A DNA stretch of 64,000 nt, taken from positions 682,001 to 746,000 of the forward strand of contig NW_025767078.1 of the NCBI RefSeq assembly GCF_003918875.1, in the 5' to 3' direction. The DNA comes from Haliotis rubra (Eukaryota). The position numbers were made by a program, and so were the translations under genes. Below, one piece after another: positions 57,562 through 64,000 of this stretch (the first letter of the stretch is position 1; each line of letters opens with the position of its first letter). The notes below the pieces were generated by a model, which did no database searches, was not told where the DNA came from, and saw nothing but the letters and a program-made list of their open reading frames with translations.

Positions 57562-60440
57562 ACTGTAGACTTTCCTCCCAGCGAAACAAATGGAATACTA
57601 TCAAAATCGACGTTAAATCCAACTCACTCACTCACCCACGACAGGATAGGAAAGGAAGCACGACATACAAAACCGTACACCTGGAAAACTGATCAACACA
57701 GTTTTCAAATATTAGGAAAAAACCAAGGGCGTTGTCATAATGTCTTTTCTTATTGTTATGGTAATGCTGAGCCAGCCTCTGCGTGGTGAACAGAGATGCT
57801 TCAGGAATGTGGTTTGACGGGTTGGAGCTGAGAAGGGTTGCTGTTTACTCGGCAGGTTCATAACAGATAACATAAAGAAAGGATCGATAAACTTATATCG
57901 ACATACACACATTGTTTCTGTGAAGCGAAGAAGATCCAGGCCCTTCTGCAAGCCATGCTTGTTAGAGACGGTCATTGGGATCTCGTGATCAGGGTCTCGA
58001 GCCACAAAGCGTTCGTAGCGCTACGACATGCGTAAGCCTACGGTAAACTCGAGTTACGACAGGTCGTAACGTTACGAACACTTTGTGGATCGGGACCCGG
58101 GCTCGTTGACTTGATTTGATGAGAGAGGCATACTAACATGATCGTAGATCGATCTACGTATTTGGGAAACGACGACACGTTACTCAGGGCGATACCCACT
58201 ATGCCCATCACTGGATTGTCTGGTCCAGACTATTTTTTCCAAGAGCTTTCGTCACAAAAAAAACACCCATTGATATTTTCTTGTTTGCACTCTCAGCATG
58301 ACCCAAACTGACCCAAAATGACCTAGGACACCCCCAACCGCCGCACTCAGCAATATTCCAGCTATATGACGACGGTCCGGACCAGACAATCCAGTGATCA
58401 ACGGCATGAGCATCGATCTACACAATTGGAATACGATGACATGTGTCAACCAAGTCAGCGAACCTGAGCACCCGATCCCGTCAGTCACCTCTTACGACAA
58501 GCATGGTTTGGTGAAGACCAATTCTAACCCGGATCTTCACGTGTATAAAATGAAGGCAAATCAGTGATAAAACTAGCATACCTTTACGATTGATTTGAAA
58601 AATGACGTATCGATTCGTTCATACATGTCAAGAATGATGCCACAATAACGGAGTGTAGGCGGCACAGTTGCAGAAGATGTCGCAAGTCGATGCCATTCAT
58701 CCATCAATAGTTAGCTGTTCGGTATCGATCGATGTTTTGTTACAGAGACGGCCAAAGGGAAGTTAAAGTTGATAAGTGCGTATCTAGGGTAAACAGGAAG
58801 TTGGAGACATGTCGACAAGGTGCGTAATTGAAGCAACGGCGAGGTAGAACAGAAAATACCTGCTCTGACCTTGTTCAATCAACCATAACACAACAAACCT
58901 TGAGGTTAACAGTGGAGTAACGATCGCCTTGTCCACATGTCCACATGTCCACATCGTCCTTGCAACAGGATATTTTGCAACGATTACCATGATTCATGGA
59001 AGGTTTGAAAGTCTGGATATATTTACAAGTACATACTGACATTGTGAGAGTATTTATATCTTGTCGACGACGGTTGCTGACGTAGCAGGTACGTTGTGTG
59101 TATTACAAAGTGTTATCTGTGTGTAGTGTGTCGCGTTTGTGCTGTAGATTTGCATGCGTGCATGTATGTATATATAAGTGTTGTTGTGTGCATGTAGGGT
59201 GGGGTCGGGTGGGGAGCTGTGGTGGTAGGTTACGCTCGGTTGGAAGTCGTTGGGCTGGGCAGGGTGTGTGAGAGATAGAGAGAGTGCAGGTTAGGTGAGA
59301 GCCGCTGAACGCTTAAGAACAATACCATCAGTGTGTGTATAGATTAAAGTACAGGTATAAACATACCCGTATGTATGCCTTCGTGTTCATATATGCCTGT
59401 ATGAATGCCTTCGTGTATGTGTACACCTGTGTGTAGCAGCAAATCCTTCTATTTACCAGCCTAGTGAGACAGGCATACCTGTAGATTGAATAATATCCCA
59501 AGGGTCTGTACATATCGAACCACGACCTAGTTATTGGCGCACGCACTGACCCGACGTGCACAAGCGTGTACACAAACTCCTCGGCAGCACAGTGACTAGA
59601 ATCTCATTCATAGTATTTGTTAACATTAACAACAAGCGAAACGCCCATGACAGGTGTTTGTTCTCAAGAGCTTTTGACAATGTATATATGCTTTTCTCGG
59701 TTGTTTTGCATTAGCCAAATACTAAGCAAACACAAGGAACCATATCCTTTACCTTCCGCCCAGCCCTCGTGGTTGTGCGAAGCTGAACTACTAAGTGGAG
59801 CAAGTCTAGACTGTCCAGACGGAGGCTCCTATTCAGCTTAAATCTGACTGCTTGAAAATGATATAATTTCTTTCGAGACAAAGCGTCCGTCTATGTTCCT
59901 CTTAGTGAGTGAGTTTGGTTTTACGCCGCTTTAGCAATAGTCCAACAATATCTCGGCGGGGAACACCATAAATAGGCTTCACACATTGTACCCATGCGGG
60001 CAATCGAACCCGGGTCCTCGGTGTGACGAATGAATGCTTTAACCACTAGGCTACCCCACCGCCGCCACTGAGAGCAGAGTGCCGTGCAGATGACAGTGTG
60101 GATAAGGGACTTGAAGTGAAATGGATTTTTAATGTCGCGTCCAAAATTACTGTCAGATTATGATATTATTCATATTATATATTTCTTAAACCGTAGTGAC
60201 AGACTGACTGACTGACTGAGTTTGGTTTTACGCCACTTTTAGCACATGAGGTTACATGATATGCGTTCTTAATATCACAAGATTATTGCTACCCACCGCC
60301 CCTATTGTGAAAGAACAATATGACAATAGAATGTCTTTTAGAAAGTGGTCAACGGTAACATATGTGTTAGTTAGGATTGCGCTTTCTCTTTAAAAACAGA
60401 TTATAGTACTTTTTGTAGGTGAGGGTCCCCACCGGGATTC

Positions 60441-60650
60441 ACTCGTGAAGATCTGGGTTAGAATTGATCTTCACTAACCCATGCTTGTCGTAAGAGACGA
60501 CTAACGGGATCGGGTGGCAAGGCTCCCAGTTACGTAGATTGATGCTCATGCTGTTGATCACTGGATTGTCTGATCCAGACTCGAATATTTACAGACTGTC
60601 GCCATATAGCTGGAATAATGTTGAGTGCGCAACCAACCAACCAACCAACT
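60441..60650 (+). mobile_element. Family B element nested in a family D SINE
   Basis: TSD ccaccgggattc at 60429-60440 and 60651-60662. Confidence 0.85.
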
Positions 60651-61315
60651 CCACCGGGATTCGAACCCACGCTCTCAAAGTGAGACACTAGACAGAATCA
60701 GCCACCTAATCAACATAGGTTGCGGGTTCCACAGAAATGGAGTCTGATAACAGGTGGTGTAGATCAAGTACCTTATGTATCTCTCTGACAAGTTTAAATT
60801 GGCACGGCTCCCATGGAGGAAAGCTATGAATATATTATGCTTATAGGAAGGGGTCAAGCGTTGTATACAACTTTGTATGTTGTATTTGGATTCATCACGA
60901 GGCTATTTTAACAAAAGCGAAATATTGCATTATGAAATAGAAGATTGTGAAATAGTCTCGCTGTTATTTTCCAACAGCGAGACAATACACATGTACTTAT
61001 TTCCCCAAGGAAAACAGAACACTAAAATTAGAGACTGAAGAAACTCCATGTTTATTTTCCAGATGTGAGATATTAGATACAAGCGAGTTTCACATGGTAT
61101 TGCTTTTCAGAAAGAAGCATCAGGGTTCGGTATTATTACATTTTATTTTCAGGCAGTCAGACTCAGGGGAAATAGAATAAAACACTCACTTAGAAATTAT
61201 GTTTGAAAAGTAGTGTATGTCTTGTTCTATATATTATGTATAAACACCATCATCATCAGCAACAACAACGGCAACAACAGTGATAATGATAATAATAATT
61301 ATAATGTTATTAACA

Positions 61316-61668
61316 GACCGCCTCCGTGGTGTAGTGGTTAGAGCGTCCACCAGGAGAGCGGAAGGTCGCGGGTTCGATCCCCGACCACGTCATACCAAAA
61401 GACGTTACATAAGGTACTTGTTGGTCCCTGCCTGACGCTCGGCATTAATGGGTACAACAAGGACTGGTCGGCTCGGAGTCAGTATAATGTGTCTGAGTGG
61501 GGTATTCATGCTTCACTGCGGCATGGTATCTCAGTGAGCTAGCACTATAAAACCAGCTTCAGTCTGGGCTAGTACAAGCAGCCACACATACACATACACA
61601 CGCATGCACTTCGTCATATGAGCGAAATATTCTCAAGCACGACGTAAAACCCAGTTTCACCTCACCTC
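61316..61668 (+). mobile_element. SINE family C
   Basis: TSD atgt(t/c)attaaca at 61304-61315 and 61669-61680. Confidence 0.88.
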
Positions 61669-63792
61669 ATGTCATTAACAATATCCCAGTGATCTGTAAT
61701 TTCTCAACCACGAATGACAAGTTGTCATAGTACCAATTAAATATGCAATGTGTACACTATCACTTTTATATACTTATTAATCTACATGATAACTATATGA
61801 GCTCCGTGTGTGTTTTTAATGAGTGATGTTGTATGAGTCACGTTTCATGTATTTGTTGTCAAAGTACATGTGACACATAAATACAATTTGTATTTCTTCT
61901 TTTATAAGGGTTATGCGTGCATTTTGGGTGTCAAACGCACATTTGGCGAAATACCAATATAATTGTCAGGAATTGTCTAATTTTGAAAAAGGTTCAATAA
62001 CACGTATTTCTTCTTTAATGACCAGAATCAATTATTGAAAAGAAACCCCGGACATTCTTGTGCGTATGAAGTCATAAATCATGTATATATAATTCCAAAT
62101 AGATTTGACAACTCTCTCGTAATACCACTAACACAGATAGACAGACCGCGGAATCTTAAAAATGTCATAATATCCGTCGATCTCTCTCGTTACTGTATGC
62201 AACCTCATAGTTTACTTGTACAGACATTTCAAAGATGACACTCCATTAAGTTCAATTTACACACTGGGTCTTAAAAACTGCTTTGATGGCAAGGCAACAG
62301 AAGAGGAAAAACATGATTTCTACCCCCACTCACATAGACGAGTTGCAACTGATACCATGGTATTATTGAGTTACTTAGGCATGCATTGACTTGACAACCC
62401 TGATGCTATATACATGCCACTTCATCTATTTCAGCTTCAAGTACAGAGGTTGACCACAGATCGATACTGTTAAACAAGAATCATGGGTTGTAAGTACAAC
62501 GTTCTTATCTAAATCAAGGGGGCGGTGGCCTAGTGGTCAAAGAGTTCGCTCGTCACGCCGAAAACCCGGGTTAGATTCCCCATATGGGTACAATATGTGA
62601 AGCCCATTTCTGGTGTTCCCCACCTTGATATTGCTGGGATATTGCTAAAAGCGGCGTAAAACTCAACTCACTCACTCACCCACTAAATTACCTGCAAGAA
62701 TATTTAAAACGTGTTTATACAGGTATTGTTAGCATAAAGTATGTGGCATGTAATATCATCAGCAATAGTATGTCAATTTCGGGTAAATATGTACCCATGA
62801 GACACGACCTGCAGCACTTTGACGTCGGGTCCTCTCTTACCCCCACGCCCTCCCCTTAGTATGAGAACACACCCTATTTTGTACATATTCTTCAAAGCCT
62901 ATTATTCCCTAATATGTATGTTTCAGCTATCTTCGATTCGTGTAATACGGTCTCTGAAAAATGCGGAAAAGGTACGCCTTGACTCTAATCACCGACGTTT
63001 TCACAAAGTATACTTCGGAATAATAATGAATTTGGATTTTATACGAATTTGCATATTATTTCACAATAATTATTATACATAATTTTCTCCAATCGGAATC
63101 AAGATATGTATAATCAGTAATATTCAAAATCAATATACTTATTTTATTATTCATCTCATATTATACTTTTATAATTTTTTCAAATTGTTTTCAGGAGGCT
63201 CAGTCATTTGCAACGTCATAGGTACTATACTTCCAATCGCCATGATATCAGTGGGTAAGTGTGAGGTGTTTCGTGTGCCGACCGCATCGTTGGCACCGAT
63301 CCAATTACTGCGTCAGGATCGGACCTTTTCTATTCGAATTTTGTTTGTTTTTCAACCGCGTTTAGAGTATCTGTCCCTCTTTCATCGGTAGTGATCAAGG
63401 TAATGGGTACACATCGATTAACACGTGACAAATACAATAAGCATTTGCGCATTACGCACTTTACTTAGGGACTGAGGGCGCATTAGGTTATTATGCCTGA
63501 TAATGTATATTATTTTATTCTTTTATATTGATCTGAACAAATATTGGACTTAAAGCTATAAACGTTATGAATCAGACATCTGGAAAGACAAGTAGAAAAG
63601 TATAGATCTCATTTTATTCAACATTCCATCATTCATAACAAATGATGCAAATGTACTATGTCCAGAACTATATTTATAATCATGAGAACCTGATTAAAAC
63701 CAAAGACGTGTCTGCTTTGACAGATTCGTGCATTCAGTACAATCGGTTAATTATAAGTTTAATTGAGGTAGAAGACTAATTTGTTTTGAGAG

Positions 63793-63793
<1 letters not shown>

Positions 63794-63831
<38 letters not shown>

Positions 63832-63848
63832 ACACGTACGCACACACA
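63794..63848. repeat. (CA)n microsatellite
   Basis: Direct dinucleotide run. Confidence 0.95.
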
Positions 63849-64000
63849 AATTAGAGAGGTTGAGCAGCGCTGCGTGTACATGTACGCCTACGTGTGATCG
63901 GGGGTATTCCCCTAAATACCTGTGTATTACGTCATCACTATTTGCTGACCTGTCATCCTACAAGTTCCCGCGGTCGCCTACTTCGAAGGATACACGTAAG

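Noticed and set aside
63643-63651. TGATGCAAA amino-acid response element upstream of the SLC7 gene
   Set aside because: A 9-mer of this composition is expected by chance in 64 kb, it is 14 kb from exon 1A, and nothing else supports it

Overview
Eukaryotic, intron-rich, repeat-dense animal DNA. The SINE repertoire suggests a gastropod mollusc such as abalone (inference). Two genes converge tail-to-tail. (1) On the + strand is a SEPT6/8/11-group septin with coding exons from 2835 to 14659, a probable 30-nt upstream micro-exon at 276-305, and a 5' end likely outside the window. It carries a tandem pair of 82-nt exons encoding the G3/switch-II segment, only 48 nt apart, which look mutually exclusive. 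(2) On the - strand is an SLC7 heteromeric amino-acid transporter light chain. Nine constant exons (36115 to 25914) are preceded by two intact, paralogous first coding exons (49262-48788 and 42707-42236, ~76% aa identity, same phase-1 donor) and a third, decayed copy (43259-43458). This is a variable-N-terminal/constant-C-terminal cassette architecture. The rest comprises four SINE-like families, many MITEs with clear target-site duplications, a Tc1 element split by a decayed LINE, and several minisatellites. Exon coordinates were read by hand from splice sites and frame continuity; repeat boundaries are approximate.
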